From positions 4,712,001 to 4,776,000 of the forward strand of contig CM030336.1 of NCBI GenBank assembly GCA_017654855.1: a stretch of 64,000 nucleotides of DNA, read 5' to 3'. Below are positions 10,509 through 22,110 of this stretch, piece by piece. The stretch is from Podospora anserina. Taxonomy: Eukaryota. The first letter of the stretch is position 1. The number at the start of each line of letters is the position of its first letter. The notes under the pieces are model-generated. The model did not search any database and was not told the origin of the DNA. It worked only from the letters and a program-made list of their open reading frames with translations. Both the position numbers and the translations under genes were made by a program.

Positions 10509-11277
10509 TTAGCAGCGGACGGGAGCAGGGCCAGGGTTGGTATAAGAGGTAGGTGTAGGCCAGTAAAGCTGGAACAGAATGCCAGGGTCGGTAGCCTTGT
10601 AAGCACCGGGGAAGGACACCAGCTGGCCGGTGTTGAGGGTGCCAGAGCCGCCCGTGACGGAGATCTGGGCGCAGGAGAGGTAGAGCTGGGCACCACCGAC
10701 GCTGCCGGCCGAGTGGAGAGCGATGTGCTCAACACGGAGGAGGTACTCGCCGTTGGCGATGCAGCTGGGGATCTGGACCGAGACCTCGGTCTTGCCTGTT
10801 GGGTGAAAACAACCAGGTTAGTATCCTGTCTTTAACTGAGTTGCTGGCATTGAATAACTTACCATCGCTGGGCCACTTGATGGAACCTGTGCCGAGGCCG
10901 GAAGGACCATCCTGGTAGATCTTGAACCAGACAGCGCCCTTGCCGTCAAAGGTCTTGGCCGTCTTGCCGGCGGGGACCTTGGCCATGTAGAAGTGAAGAG
11001 GGCCGGGGTGGCCGACGGAGGAGCCGACCTGGAAGGTGACGGTGGAGCCGGCGGTGACGGCGAGGGTGTTGGGGGCACCGACGCCGGGGTCACGCTCGTA
11101 GCAGGTCATGAGGGGGGAGTTGACATCGGTGACCGGGCCGTTGGAGTAGTGGTTCTGAGTGATGCGGACGGTGTCCCATTGGGGCTGGGCAACGCCGTTG
11201 TACTTGGTACCAGGGAAGGTATAGTGGGCTTGAGCGCCAGCAGCGGCGAGGACCGCGAGGGTGGTGGAAGCCTTCAT
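10509..11277 (-). CDS. AA9 lytic polysaccharide monooxygenase, no CBM; 1 intron (10796-10862)
   Basis: Signal peptide then His1 (AQA|HYTF), HPGP, WFKI, GEYLLRVEHIALHSAGSVGGAQLYLSCAQI, PGP near the C-terminus; GT-AG intron with CTAAC branch site. Confidence 0.95.
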
Positions 11278-12783
11278 CTTGATGGTGGGGAATGAACCGT
11301 GAGTGAGATGAAGAATGTGATCGGCGGGTGGCGGACCAAAAATTCAGGAGATCGTCAGGGCGGTCGAGGCAGACCTTTATAGTTGGACGATCTCCCGGGT
11401 TGAGCCATGGCCATGCTCCTGCCCTGTCGATGATCGAGTCCAGAATCTCAACCGACAGTCACATCAACCGGGTCAATGGAATATCCAGCCGATGGAGGAC
11501 GTGAATTGTGGAGCAGGTAGCAGTGGGTGGCAGACATGTGGAGAGCTGTCGAAGATTCTGATGTGGGAAGCGAATCCATCGACCAGTCAGCCGGCGGCTA
11601 ATAGATTGAAGTGAAATGGCGAAGGGCTGCGGGTTGACGTTGTGAACCCGGTTTTGGGATGGCACTGAGAGCGTGGGCCGTGGCGTTGCGGAGGTTGTAG
11701 CCATGCGTCTGGTAATTGCGCAATGCCGTTCTTGCTTGAATCGAGTGCCGGAGGAGAAGATTGTCAAGGGGGGGCATCAGCGTTACATGCGGCTTCTTCT
11801 CCCGAAACCTCTTACCCGTTCGGGCAACCCAACGACGAAACGGCTTGGCGATGGTATGCCAGTTTCCAAGCGGAACAAATGAGATTGGAGGATTTTCCCA
11901 GTTCTCGACACTGTTTCGGTACCAGGCCTTCCATGATTCCCATTCCGGGCCCTAGTCCGATGTCGATCGCCGACTACGCTGACCGACACTACAGGCGCGG
12001 TACCGGCGACGTTGCGACGGTATATCGGGCAGATGGTGACTTGGCGGGCTGCCAGTCCTTGACCTGACAGACATAAGCCGGCTATCTCCCCGATAGATGC
12101 GGCTGGCGGTAGCTGCGCTGATCTCCTGCACGAATCCAAGCTTGATCCAGCGTGGCGTGGTAGATGTGTGTGGCTTGTAACAGGATATTCAGGCTCCCGA
12201 GACAGAGCATTCGACGCCAAGTTCTAACCGCCCAGTTCCAACGTTGCGCGGGCCTGTCATCCGATTGTCTCGCTCCCAAGAGTTTCAAAGTTCCCAAGCT
12301 GGAAGGTCTTGGAGGTTGGCGGTGTTGATCTGATGTCGGATTCGTGAAGGCTAGGTATGTCGATCGAGATGCAAGTGGCCGCCCCATTGCAACCTGCGAC
12401 GAGCTGGAGGCCGAGCGTTGGCAATATTTCGGGTTCTGGTTTCGAGTAGATGGGTACTAGCACGCGAGGAAGAAAGATAATCCTCGGGGTGTTTTGATGT
12501 TCACAAAGCAACATCAGAGTCTTGCAAAGATGGCGGAGTTGAAAGCTCTTCCACCCTGGTGTCCCGTGTTGCCAACTGTGTCCTCCTTCTCAGTATTCTT
12601 GTTGCTGACCGTCAGCGCTGCGGGTGAATCTCGATAGCCATGGTCCTACCTACCCACACATCCCATCGTCGTTAGCTATCAGCCGCGCTCAAGTGTCACT
12701 CAACAATCAGGAACGAATTCGGAAAAGACAACAAACAAAATATTCGATTGAAGCTACAATGACCACCTCTCCCAACAACCTCT

Positions 12784-13599
12784 TCATGGATTTCCAGGCG
12801 ACCCAACATCCAAGTTGGCATCGAAAGTGATGGAGCTGTGCTTCGCCCGTCCAATATTCCCAGCGAAAGTCGCGTCTTTGAAGCCGATAGTGGCCTTACC
12901 AAAGTCGTGCGCAAACAACTTGTCCCTGATAGCAAGCGAAGGGAAGCCATTATACGACACCAATGCACCCCTGAACCACACGCCCTTGTGGTTCTCAATG
13001 TTGTCATCGCTGGCATCGGCAAAGCGGAAGCAGTGAGTGCTAACCCCGTCCTTGTGATAGACGATCTTGGGGTGGTCTCCATCCCATCTAACCTGGCTGG
13101 CAGCCTTGATCTCATATTCCCCGTGCTGTGAGACGCCGACATACTCGGCCTGGTTGGTGCTTTGCCTCACCCACACGGCAATGTGCTCCCAATCGTGGGT
13201 GTGGCCGGGGTCAATAAAGTTGGCGATGGCGACGTCTTTTTCGAAGTAATACCCGTACAGGTAGATGCACCAGCCGTTGTTGCACCGCTGGCGGGAGTAG
13301 ACGTTGTTGTTGTCGAGGTCGGAGAGGTCGCGACAGTTGGAAGAGTAGCCGGTCCAATTGTGAGGGAGACCCTCCACGATGTTGCCCTGGGCGTCGATGG
13401 CAGGGACGTTGTAGCATCCATCGGTGTCAAAGTCCAGAGAGGGTTGCCATTTGAGGTCATTGGCTGTGGCTCTCTGGGGGAGAGCCGTTGGGGGGGCCGC
13501 GGCACGGTAGGAGATGATGGCGGGTGGTGCTGCCAAGGCGGCCCACGGGGCAAGTGCCGCTGTCAGGAACAGGGCGGGGGAAGTGAGGGTGGGGATCAT
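12784..13599 (-). CDS. Secreted Nep1-like protein (NPP1 family), type 2-like
   Basis: Signal peptide, DTDGCY, VYSR, CNNGWC, YFEKD, GHTHDWEH heptapeptide variant, PKIVYHKDG. Confidence 0.92.
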   Translation of the reverse strand: MIPTLTSPALFLTAALAPWAALAAPPAIISYRAAAPPTALPQRATANDLKWQPSLDFDTDGCYNVPAIDAQGNIVEGLPHNWTGYSSNCRDLSDLDNNNVYSRQRCNNGWCIYLYGYYFEKDVAIANFIDPGHTHDWEHIAVWVRQSTNQAEYVGVSQHGEYEIKAASQVRWDGDHPKIVYHKDGVSTHCFRFADASDDNIENHKGVWFRGALVSYNGFPSLAIRDKLFAHDFGKATIGFKDATFAGNIGRAKHSSITFDANLDVGSPGNP

Positions 13600-14580
13600 C
13601 TTGATATCGGCCGGAGTTGGGCGGGCAAAAGAGCGACTGCCGATGATTATGGAGGTGGAAGGACGCCATCGTTGGGACGGGATGCGCTGGCCATCTTATA
13701 TCATCACGTCGACGATGGTGCAGTAGCTGGTTACCTGGAAGGAATGAAGGAATGTCATCTCGGCGGAAGAGAGTTGCCTTTTTCAGATGACCCCTTGTCG
13801 GCCACGAGCAACGATGTGCAAATGCACTGTTTTCCCATTGAGATTCCCCTATCATGAGGGGCCTATTGAGCATCGCATTGGCTGAGTCCGAGTTCGTTCA
13901 GGGGTATTGACGCGGGGAAGCATATGCTCCAACGCCATTGCATGAGCAAACAGGTGTGAGGGCGGATTGTGGGCTACAATTGGAAGTTGGAAAGTTCCAA
14001 TCAGCGGCCAACCGTTGCATTTTGAAGGTCTATGTTGCACTGTGCCAGCCAATGATGAGGAGAAACGCGGCAATGTGACCTGGCCAGGGGGCCGTAGCGT
14101 AGCCGTCAAGCTGGCCTACAGGAGCCGACCGGCCAATGTGTAGCCAATCCATCGTCAAAGCCGAGCACATGCTTTTATACAGAGTACCTAATCCTGGTAA
14201 GAACACCGCGATCAGCCGTGCTTCTACAGATGCTCTTTTGCATCTTCATACAAGGCATCTTTACGGCTGTCTCCAGTCATACTTTGCACATTAATCATTC
14301 CTGGGTCAGAAGAAGAGAATACATATCTTGCGCAATCTCACTTGCAAGGATCGAAATTGCAGGTGGCACTTGGGTATCGCAGAGTCAACACACCTTTTCC
14401 AGCGCGATGAGAGCGTTCCTCTGACAGAGACAATGGTGGTACAAGACAACCAGTCCCTAAGCCATTTATGTGATTACTAACTATCCGTACCTAGACTCCT
14501 CTCTAAGCCGATGGAACAAAAACAATGCCTGCCTACCATCCGGTGGTGGGTTAAGGAGCACAACTACGAACTTTGAACGA

Positions 14581-15154
14581 TTAGGGCACCCGGATATTGG
14601 TGGGCTTTGCTGCAATGCCCTTGACCCTGGTGAGGTCGGTTCCGGTCAGGGTGAAGGTGGGCTTTCCCTTGATCTTCTGATAGTACGTCGCGAATTCGGC
14701 GTTTCCATCAATGTAGTCACCAGCGGCCGGGCCCCTAGTTTCTCTCATCTCCTTCTCGCTCTCCTTGCGTCTGGCTGTGGGAGCTGTGACCTTGGCGGGG
14801 GTGAAGGCTGGCAAAGTTAGCATCACGAAAAATGGGCCAGTTCAATGAGGGGAAGACTAGGTACGTACTTCCAGCGAGCATTGTCTTGATCCAGGCGTGA
14901 TCGACGAGGTTCTGGTCGGCTGGGGCAACGCGGCTTTGCTTCTTGTCTGCCCACAGTTTCCCGGCCTGCTTCTCCTTGAGGGGATCCGCCGGGTCAAAGA
15001 ATGCCTCAATGTTGTAGCCGACAAACTTGTCCTCCCAGAACCGACCGGACTCACCCTTGACCCTGGAGAGCTCAGGGGGGGCGTTGCCTGCCCTCGCGGG
15101 GACGGTGAGGTCCACATGGGATGCCGCACAGTCTGGAGGGTGGGAGGTTGCCAA
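14581..15154 (-). CDS. Hypothetical protein, spliced (intron 14808-14868); start unresolved
   Basis: A GTACGT...GCTAAC...CAG intron joins two open frames in phase (MLAG-TFTPAK). No in-frame ATG at the 5' end of the upstream frame. Confidence 0.5.
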
Positions 15155-15477
15155 CGGCGAAACTTGCTAGCTGCTGTTCCACCGGGCGCAGACTGCCGTC
15201 TGGCCAATAGCTTCGTGGCCTCAAGTGATATAATGCGGGATTGTAGGGATTCTTTTGGACCCCAACGATAGTTCAACCCCGGCTTTGGTGAGGCAGCGCT
15301 TCTAGGCCAATAAAAATTAGGTAGAACTGTAACGAGCCAACACCAACAACAGCAGAATTTCCAGTCTCCTCCCTCCCCATCAACTCCTCTCATCGAGAAT
15401 AGCACACACATCACAAAAAGTCACTCACAATCACAAACAAACCCTTTTCGACAACTGGATACCGATACCGTACGACA

Positions 15478-16485
15478 ATGGATGACATTACCAAGACCCT
15501 GACGCAGCTTGCTCGAAAAGCACGCGATTCTCGTGTTCCCTATAACAACGACAGCTCCCAACACTATGCAATGTTCAGTGGCGCCATATGCAACGTTTTA
15601 TCCACTGACATCGCACTTTTCACCTATGCCCAGATCATTGATGGATTACCCACCGACGAAGTGGCTTACGATCGACGATCGCCTGGTCTTCATGGTGACC
15701 ATCCCATCGAGCATCATGTTGATCTTTGCCCTGGCGCCCTGGAAAGAGCTCGCGAGTTTCGTCAAAGCTTCGACCCAGCCATTCTCTCATTTGACCCCAA
15801 ACTGCTCAAATCGTACCGAAGAGCAGCGGTGGGCTTGAAGGAATTCAATACGAGGCTGACTGAACTTGTCGCGGCCGCCATCCATGAAATCGCAGTCATT
15901 CTGTTTCAACTCGACCTCAGGCTGCACCAAGGCGACGTCGACGCAATCGTCCAGTGGAAGGAAGATGATGAAGACGTGGCCCCCCGAGCAACTATCTTCA
16001 ACCACCCCCACTATCTCGACGACGATGTCTACCCTGATGGGGAAGCCGATGTTGTCGGATACTGGGCTGAAGATCGTATTCTCGGCGGCGTGACGGTGTT
16101 TGACCGGCGCGCCGAAGAAGCCACTCCAGAGCAGCCACCAAATGCATACTTTCTTTCCTGTCGCAGGCGCCACACGGATCGCTACTGGCAGCTACTTGAC
16201 CAGCAGCAGCAGGACCTGGCCGACTTCTTTCTTGGCAAGAGTGCATCATGTCCCCTTCCCACACTTTGTACCGACGACAACACTGTGAGAATTGATGAGC
16301 AATTTGCCATCATCCAGCATCATGTGTACCGCGACATATGGGAGCGTAAACCGCCAACCCGACAGCATTTAGGGTTGCTTGCAAACCGGCCACAAAACGC
16401 GGGGGATTACCCTGAGCACGCGGCGCTGATCAAGTCGATTAAGCGCCAATGGGGCGATGACCTTGAGCCCGAGACAAAGGAGTAG
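15478..16485 (+). CDS. Hypothetical protein resembling a recurrent fungal family of unknown function
   Basis: 335-aa single ORF with motif-like segments AAAIHEIAVILF, YPDGEADVVGYWAEDRILGGVTVFDR and VYRDIWER. Confidence 0.8.
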   Translation: MDDITKTLTQLARKARDSRVPYNNDSSQHYAMFSGAICNVLSTDIALFTYAQIIDGLPTDEVAYDRRSPGLHGDHPIEHHVDLCPGALERAREFRQSFDPAILSFDPKLLKSYRRAAVGLKEFNTRLTELVAAAIHEIAVILFQLDLRLHQGDVDAIVQWKEDDEDVAPRATIFNHPHYLDDDVYPDGEADVVGYWAEDRILGGVTVFDRRAEEATPEQPPNAYFLSCRRRHTDRYWQLLDQQQQDLADFFLGKSASCPLPTLCTDDNTVRIDEQFAIIQHHVYRDIWERKPPTRQHLGLLANRPQNAGDYPEHAALIKSIKRQWGDDLEPETKE

Positions 16486-16977
16486 GTAGACACAACACTA
16501 AACGGATCTATGTCAGGTAAAAGCCAGATTCTATAGCTTCGATCGGGGAACAATAAAATGATAACACCAGATACTTGGCAAACATGGGAGAGCTTCGGGG
16601 AGGAGTAAGATTTGCATGCGTTGTTTGCCGTCAGCTGACATCAGCTCCACCTGACAACAGCTCCACCTGACAACCAACTGCAGCCAGGGCTCGCCGACCG
16701 GCAGTTCAAGCTAGCACCCAGCTGATAAGAGCGATAAGCCCCAGACGCCAAGAGATCCACCGCACCGAAAATCCGGCTAATTCCGGCCTTGCTACCGTTC
16801 CCGGGAATCCGGGACTTTTGAGATTCCAGTTGCATTCTGTGCATTCCCAGCCCAACGACTGCCAAGACCATGTTTAACGACCATCACGACTTTTATATTG
16901 GATGAGACCTTCAGGTTATCTCTGAAACAAGACCCTTTCCACTCAAAAAAGACAATGCCATTAATTCCACCACCACC

Positions 16978-18534
16978 ATGACACAACCAACAAACTCCAA
17001 CAGCAAAAAGCCCCCAGGCAACAACAACGACTCATCTCACCACATCGCATCCTCCCTCTTCCCCAGCCCATCCCTCGCCAACAACAGCCCCTTAATCCAC
17101 AACCCAGACTACACCCACCTCCCCACCCTCCCAGACGGCGTGACCCTCCAACCACCAGGAAAACTCCCCACCACCAACGCAGCAACCGGCGCCTCAGCCG
17201 CCGGCGTCCGCGCCCTCACCTCCCAGGCCATCGCCTTCTACTTCCGCGCCCCGGTGAAAGCGTTTTTTCGGACAAGGGTCGATTACCTAGCCTATGCCCG
17301 GGCGATCCAAGAACAGCAGCTCGCCGCTTACCTCGCCTCCTCCAACCCTACGTCGTCTAATGCCGCCTGGGGCTGGTTTAAAGGTCGTTTGAGGGGGAGC
17401 ACACCCGGTTTGATTGCCTCAGCGGTGAGATATCATGGGTGGAGGGTGGTGCCTGATCAGGTGTTGCCGCCTTTGATTGCAAATGTCGGGGTGGGAGCGG
17501 TGCTGTACACGAGTTACCTCCAGATTTTGGGACGGCTTCACCCGGAAAGCGCGCTGGCGAGTAAAAGGGTTTATCCGCCTCCGTCGCCGGGGGAGACGTT
17601 TACCGCGGGGCTGTTGGCGGGGGGGATACAGAGTTTTGTGGCTGCGCCGTTGGATGCTGTGCAGGCCAGGTATGACTTGGGGGTTGGGGGGGCGGGGATG
17701 ACGGGGAGTGGGACTACCATGGGGGGTGGGACGAAGGGGGTGGTGGTGGAGGGAGGTGGGAATGGGAATGGAAACAAGGGGGCAAGGATTGCCCGGCCCC
17801 GGAGCATGTGGACTTTTAGTCGGGAGAAGCTTGCCGAGATTGGACCGAGGGGAATATTCGCTGGGTGGGGGTTGAGTTTGGTGAAGGATAGTATGGGGAG
17901 TGCGGTGTTCTTCAGTTTGTTTGAGTGGATTAAGGCGCAGGGGTACTATGGGTTTGTGGGGTGGTATTATGGGAGTTTGGAAGAGGACGCGATTGTGCTA
18001 TTGTCGCAGAGGAGACCGGCGGGGCTGGATGGCAAGGTTGGTTCGAGGAGGGACAGGCTTACGGGAGAGGTGGAGAGAGCGGATGATGGGGAGCTGAGAA
18101 TGCCTACTATTATTCGACCTCATTATGCTATTGAGCCAGCGTTTTTGTTGCTTGCTGGCATGGGGGCATCGGTAGCGCAGCAGGTGGTTCTTCATCCGCT
18201 GGGTCACATTCAGGTGGAGCATTGGGAAAGGCTCGAGGCGTTGGATGCCAAGGCTAGGAAGCTTAAATCAACTGAAGGGGGAAGCTCGAGAAGAATGTTT
18301 AAGGCTTATAGGGATGCATACAGGGTTACATGGGGAGAATGCGCTGCGGAGGCCAAGACGGCCGGGCTGAGCATGCGACAGTGGTTGTACCGAGGGTTCT
18401 GGTGGAACACCATCAGACAAGTTCCAAGCACATCGGCCGGCCTGATCATCTTTGAGCTTGTCCGAAGAAAATATGGTCTTGGCGGCGACCAGGTCAAGAT
18501 CAATAGGGATGGATACGATATTTTGTTGACGTAA
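16978..18534 (+). CDS. Divergent mitochondrial-carrier-like membrane protein
   Basis: 518-aa ORF with carrier-like signatures (APLDAVQAR, GPRGIFAGW, LYRGF...IRQVP) and hydrophobic helices. Confidence 0.75.
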   Translation: MTQPTNSNSKKPPGNNNDSSHHIASSLFPSPSLANNSPLIHNPDYTHLPTLPDGVTLQPPGKLPTTNAATGASAAGVRALTSQAIAFYFRAPVKAFFRTRVDYLAYARAIQEQQLAAYLASSNPTSSNAAWGWFKGRLRGSTPGLIASAVRYHGWRVVPDQVLPPLIANVGVGAVLYTSYLQILGRLHPESALASKRVYPPPSPGETFTAGLLAGGIQSFVAAPLDAVQARYDLGVGGAGMTGSGTTMGGGTKGVVVEGGGNGNGNKGARIARPRSMWTFSREKLAEIGPRGIFAGWGLSLVKDSMGSAVFFSLFEWIKAQGYYGFVGWYYGSLEEDAIVLLSQRRPAGLDGKVGSRRDRLTGEVERADDGELRMPTIIRPHYAIEPAFLLLAGMGASVAQQVVLHPLGHIQVEHWERLEALDAKARKLKSTEGGSSRRMFKAYRDAYRVTWGECAAEAKTAGLSMRQWLYRGFWWNTIRQVPSTSAGLIIFELVRRKYGLGGDQVKINRDGYDILLT

Positions 18535-18905
18535 GCGCAACTATTCAGTATCAACAGGTTGCCGGTTAGCTCAAACGCTGCCACGCTTTAGACAACTTGA
18601 CTCGGTTAACCTGGCTCTGCAGTGCTATTTGTTTTGTCCGGAGCGCGGTTGCTTCACTGTTGGTTGTTCCATTGTGAGCCTCTTCCGCATTTGGACGTTG
18701 TCTTTGACACGGCTCAAAGACCGTTTCCGCAACAATGCCACTACCACTTGTCTTATGCCGTGCTTTTCTTCGGACAATGCACACCCCCAGTATTTGTCTG
18801 ACATAGAACGGCTCTATCAACTGGACGTTCTTTTTTTCTTTTTCTTCTCACATCTCAAATCTCTATTTGGTAGATACTGGGATTACTTTTTACGACGCTG
18901 TAAAC

Positions 18906-20495
18906 ATGCCTCGCCCCAAACGCGCCTCCAAGGCCACCTCCAAGGCCACCTCCAGCCCCTACCCACCCAGGGTCTCGGGGTCCGCCAAGTCCGTCACCGC
19001 TATACCCTCAGCCGGGAATCGTAAAATTCAGGAGGCCCTTGCCAAGCGCCTCGAAGAAGTCGAGGATCAGTTCCGTGCAGATTACGTCGAAATGGTCAAT
19101 AAAACATACGAAGAGATGAGCGAGGCCAAAAAGGGCCCAATCCGATGGCCCCGAGAAAAGGGGTGGGAACCTCGGTTGCGTGAAGACTTTGACGATATCA
19201 ATACAGAGAGTTATCTTCAACGAGGGTTTCCAGTAGAGGAAATCGACAGGGTGATGGCCAAGTCAGCGGTGCCTGTAGGTCCTGTTCCTCCTCCTCCGCC
19301 GCCGCCTGTTCCCCCTTTGCCGCCTGCTGCCCCAGCATATGTTGCCCCCGGAGCTCCCGGTTGGAACCCACTGGGGAATTTTTCGCGGCTCTCAGCCGAG
19401 ATTCGCATCATGATATATGATGAGATCTTTCCCGCGGGGCGGCGTGTTCAGCGGCTTCAAAGGCATGCCCCTGGACAGCCTGATCGTTATGGTTTGTCAC
19501 TCCGCCCCGCGCCACCTTGGATAAGTATCATCCTGGCGTCGTCAGCTCTGCGCGATGAAGCTCTGGCCGTCCTGTATTCCAGGAACAATGTCATAATCCA
19601 CGCCAACCTGCTGGACGAGTCACTACGAGACCCGATCGATACTTTCCCGCTGGTTTTCAGAAACACCGCAAGGCGGCTCACGTTCGCGTGGGACTATGCT
19701 GACAGCGATGCCGTCAAACTTGGCAGGCAACCCGGCATCAACTTCCCTCCGGGGTGGACAACCAGACGGTCCAGACAGCAGCGCGGGCTCCCTCGCAACC
19801 AGCCGATCGACCCGCGACAGCCCTACCCGATGGGGCAGTGGTACGGAAAGGTGGCCAAGCACACCATCACGGTTGACGGGCAATACCAGCAGACGATCAC
19901 CATCTTCAGCGACTTCCCCAACACGCGGCCCCTGTGCTTGGATGCCTGGCTGCCCATCTTCAACAGGGTGGATGCGGTCGACTACTGGCACTTTTTCGAT
20001 TGCCACATTGCCAGGGAGTTCAGCCGGTCCCAACTGTGGTGGAAGTACTCGTTCCAGGCCAACGATCCCCATGCGAGAGGGGTCGGTAGCACAAACATGA
20101 TGTCGAATCAACCCTTCATCTTGCCCCAGGTCGCGAATCCGCCCCTGCCGAGGGGCATCCCGCTCAAGACGCGGGCCGAGAAGCAGCTTCTCCAGCAGCT
20201 TCTGGAGAACGGCGCGTTCTACTACGACATGCAGCGGTTGGTCAACAACCCGCACTGGCTTCACTTGCATGCTTTTGACTTGAGGTGGGGGCCGATAATC
20301 GTTCCCAATGATCATGACACGCTCTTCTGGATGTGGCAAATGCGCCAGGCGGAGCAGCTGATAGTTGAGACGCACATGTTGGATCCTAGGAATTGGGATC
20401 CCGACTTCCAGACTCGGGTAAATGTCGGTGTGGTTTTCCCGCTGCCTGTGATACCCAGGGCGGGGAAGGGTTCGAGGGCGTTTAGGTTGGACTAA
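18906..20495 (+). CDS. Hypothetical protein with a Pro-rich region and an F-box/2EXR-like motif
   Basis: Long ORF from ATG 18906; FSRLSAEIRIMIYDEIF and LRDEALAVLYSRN resemble fungal F-box-like/2EXR patterns. Confidence 0.7.
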   Translation: MPRPKRASKATSKATSSPYPPRVSGSAKSVTAIPSAGNRKIQEALAKRLEEVEDQFRADYVEMVNKTYEEMSEAKKGPIRWPREKGWEPRLREDFDDINTESYLQRGFPVEEIDRVMAKSAVPVGPVPPPPPPPVPPLPPAAPAYVAPGAPGWNPLGNFSRLSAEIRIMIYDEIFPAGRRVQRLQRHAPGQPDRYGLSLRPAPPWISIILASSALRDEALAVLYSRNNVIIHANLLDESLRDPIDTFPLVFRNTARRLTFAWDYADSDAVKLGRQPGINFPPGWTTRRSRQQRGLPRNQPIDPRQPYPMGQWYGKVAKHTITVDGQYQQTITIFSDFPNTRPLCLDAWLPIFNRVDAVDYWHFFDCHIAREFSRSQLWWKYSFQANDPHARGVGSTNMMSNQPFILPQVANPPLPRGIPLKTRAEKQLLQQLLENGAFYYDMQRLVNNPHWLHLHAFDLRWGPIIVPNDHDTLFWMWQMRQAEQLIVETHMLDPRNWDPDFQTRVNVGVVFPLPVIPRAGKGSRAFRLD

Positions 20496-20992
20496 GCATG
20501 GGAGATAGATGTATTAGGAGTTTTTATTCTCGAATTCTCAGTTCGTTGTGCTTTGTTATTTTAACTTTGCCCGCATCAAGCAGCGCATTATGATCGTCGT
20601 TCCAGAAAACCTAGGCGCCTACCGAGATGTCTATTAACTATCCTTTGAAGTATAGTTCAGGGCACCATGTTTCCGTTGACTTCACGCCGAAATCCAATCG
20701 AGGCATGCCTCGGAAATGATACTTCGATGAGCACTGTATCAGGTAAGAGCAGAAACATCACCGCAGCCAAAAACAGTGAAAAAACCCCCCGCCCCCCCAA
20801 CAGGGAAAGCATTCTTCAATTTTGTATCATCAACCTCATCACAAACAGTCAAAACCTGCAGGTCCAACAAAAGTAAGAAAGAAAAAAGCCCCGTCGAGCT
20901 TGAAACGAGTGTCATGAATCGAATCCTCCACCTCTCAACAAATCACCACCAACCCCCTGATTTCACCCCTCCCCCAGAACCCTCCCGGATGC

Positions 20993-21507
20993 TTAGTTGC
21001 ACCGGAAAGAGTTAATTCTATCATTCCAGCCGATAGTCACCAAGTTTGCGATGCCAGGGAAGGTGATCGGGCCGAACGACGGGCCGGTGCAGCCGTTGTT
21101 GCTGTAGGGTAGGTTCTCATGTCAACATTGATCACAAACTTCCGTGGTAGTAAAAAAGGGGACTTACTCCCAAATGGTGCAAGTCAACCCGCTGTCAGGC
21201 CCAAAGGAAGAGATGACGTTGGGCCAGCCGTTGCCGAGGGTGAGGCACTGCCCTCGGACGACGATGAGGTGCTCGGAGCGGCCGCCCCAGTTGATGTCCT
21301 GGGTGACGAAGACGCCGAGGGATTGGCGCTTTTCGCTGTTGGGAGGACGGGTGGTTAGTTGTTTTAGATGGGAAAGGCGAGGTGGGTGGTGGCTTACAGG
21401 TCAACGGGGGTTTGGGGAGCGGCCTCGGGGGAGGCTTCAGGGGCAGGGGCGGCGACGGTAAGGCCGGCCATGGTGACGATGGCGAGAATGGTGGTGAGGA
21501 ATTGCAT
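20993..21507 (-). CDS. Small secreted prepro-protein with a beta/gamma-crystallin-like mature domain (128 aa; introns 21336-21397 and 21102-21167)
   Basis: Manual splicing of two GT-AG introns gives a signal peptide, a propeptide ending EKR, and an 88-aa mature part with 4 Cys and the repeats WPNVISSF / WNDRINSF. Not visible as a single ORF in the track. Confidence 0.85.
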
Positions 21508-22007
21508 TTTGAAGGTGTGAAAGGTGGTTGGTGCTTTTGGTGGAAGTTAGTGTTGATGGTGATGATGGTGATGAGGAATTGTGAGGGGAAAGGAGGAGCA
21601 AGAAGGGGTGATTTATACTTTTTCTGTTGGCATATCAAGGCTTTCAGATACCATACCGTTTACAGTTCCAACTCTAGGTTCAGGTTCTGTCCCCGTAGCC
21701 CGAGGGATTGGAGTTTGGCAGGTGACAAAGTTTTCATACGGAATAGTGGACTGGGTGGGTGAGAGTCTGACTGCAGATGCGACTGTTGATGATGTCTATT
21801 GCTACCCAATGAGCTTACACGAGAGGTCTTGTTGTTTTCTTGTCTTATTCTAGACAGGAAACACCCATTGAGTATTCTTACCAAGCCGGCTGGTTCATAA
21901 AGGAGTTGTCGGAAGCATCCTGGTTCTACTACCTAAGTACATAGGGTCTGTGTTGATGCACCTTGGACATCCATCTCCACTCACTCGAGTCAGGAGACAA
22001 AAAAAAA

Positions 22008-22110
22008 GGGCGTGTGGCTCAGTTGGTAGAGCGTTCGCTTAGCATACTCAACCTTAGTACAAGGATCATTTGTATGCGAAAGGTCCTGGGTTCGATTCCC
22101 AGCTCGTCCA
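22008..22110 (+). tRNA. tRNA-Ala(AGC) with a 30-nt intron (22045-22074)
   Basis: GGGCGTG acceptor, TGGCTCAGTTGGTAGAGC D-arm, anticodon arm TTCGC-TTAGCAT-GCGAA after intron removal, GGTTCGATTCC T-loop. Confidence 0.95.

Noticed and set aside
13162-13857. Long antisense ORFs (also 7155-7868, 19623-20375, 58530-59063, 60005-60631)
   Set aside because: Shadows of codon-biased genes on the opposite strand; no motifs of their own.
16978-18534. C-rich to G-rich skew switch along the gene
   Set aside because: The same 5' C-rich / 3' G-rich pattern occurs in several ordinary genes here (permease, esterase, phytase-like), so it looks like a genome-wide trait.
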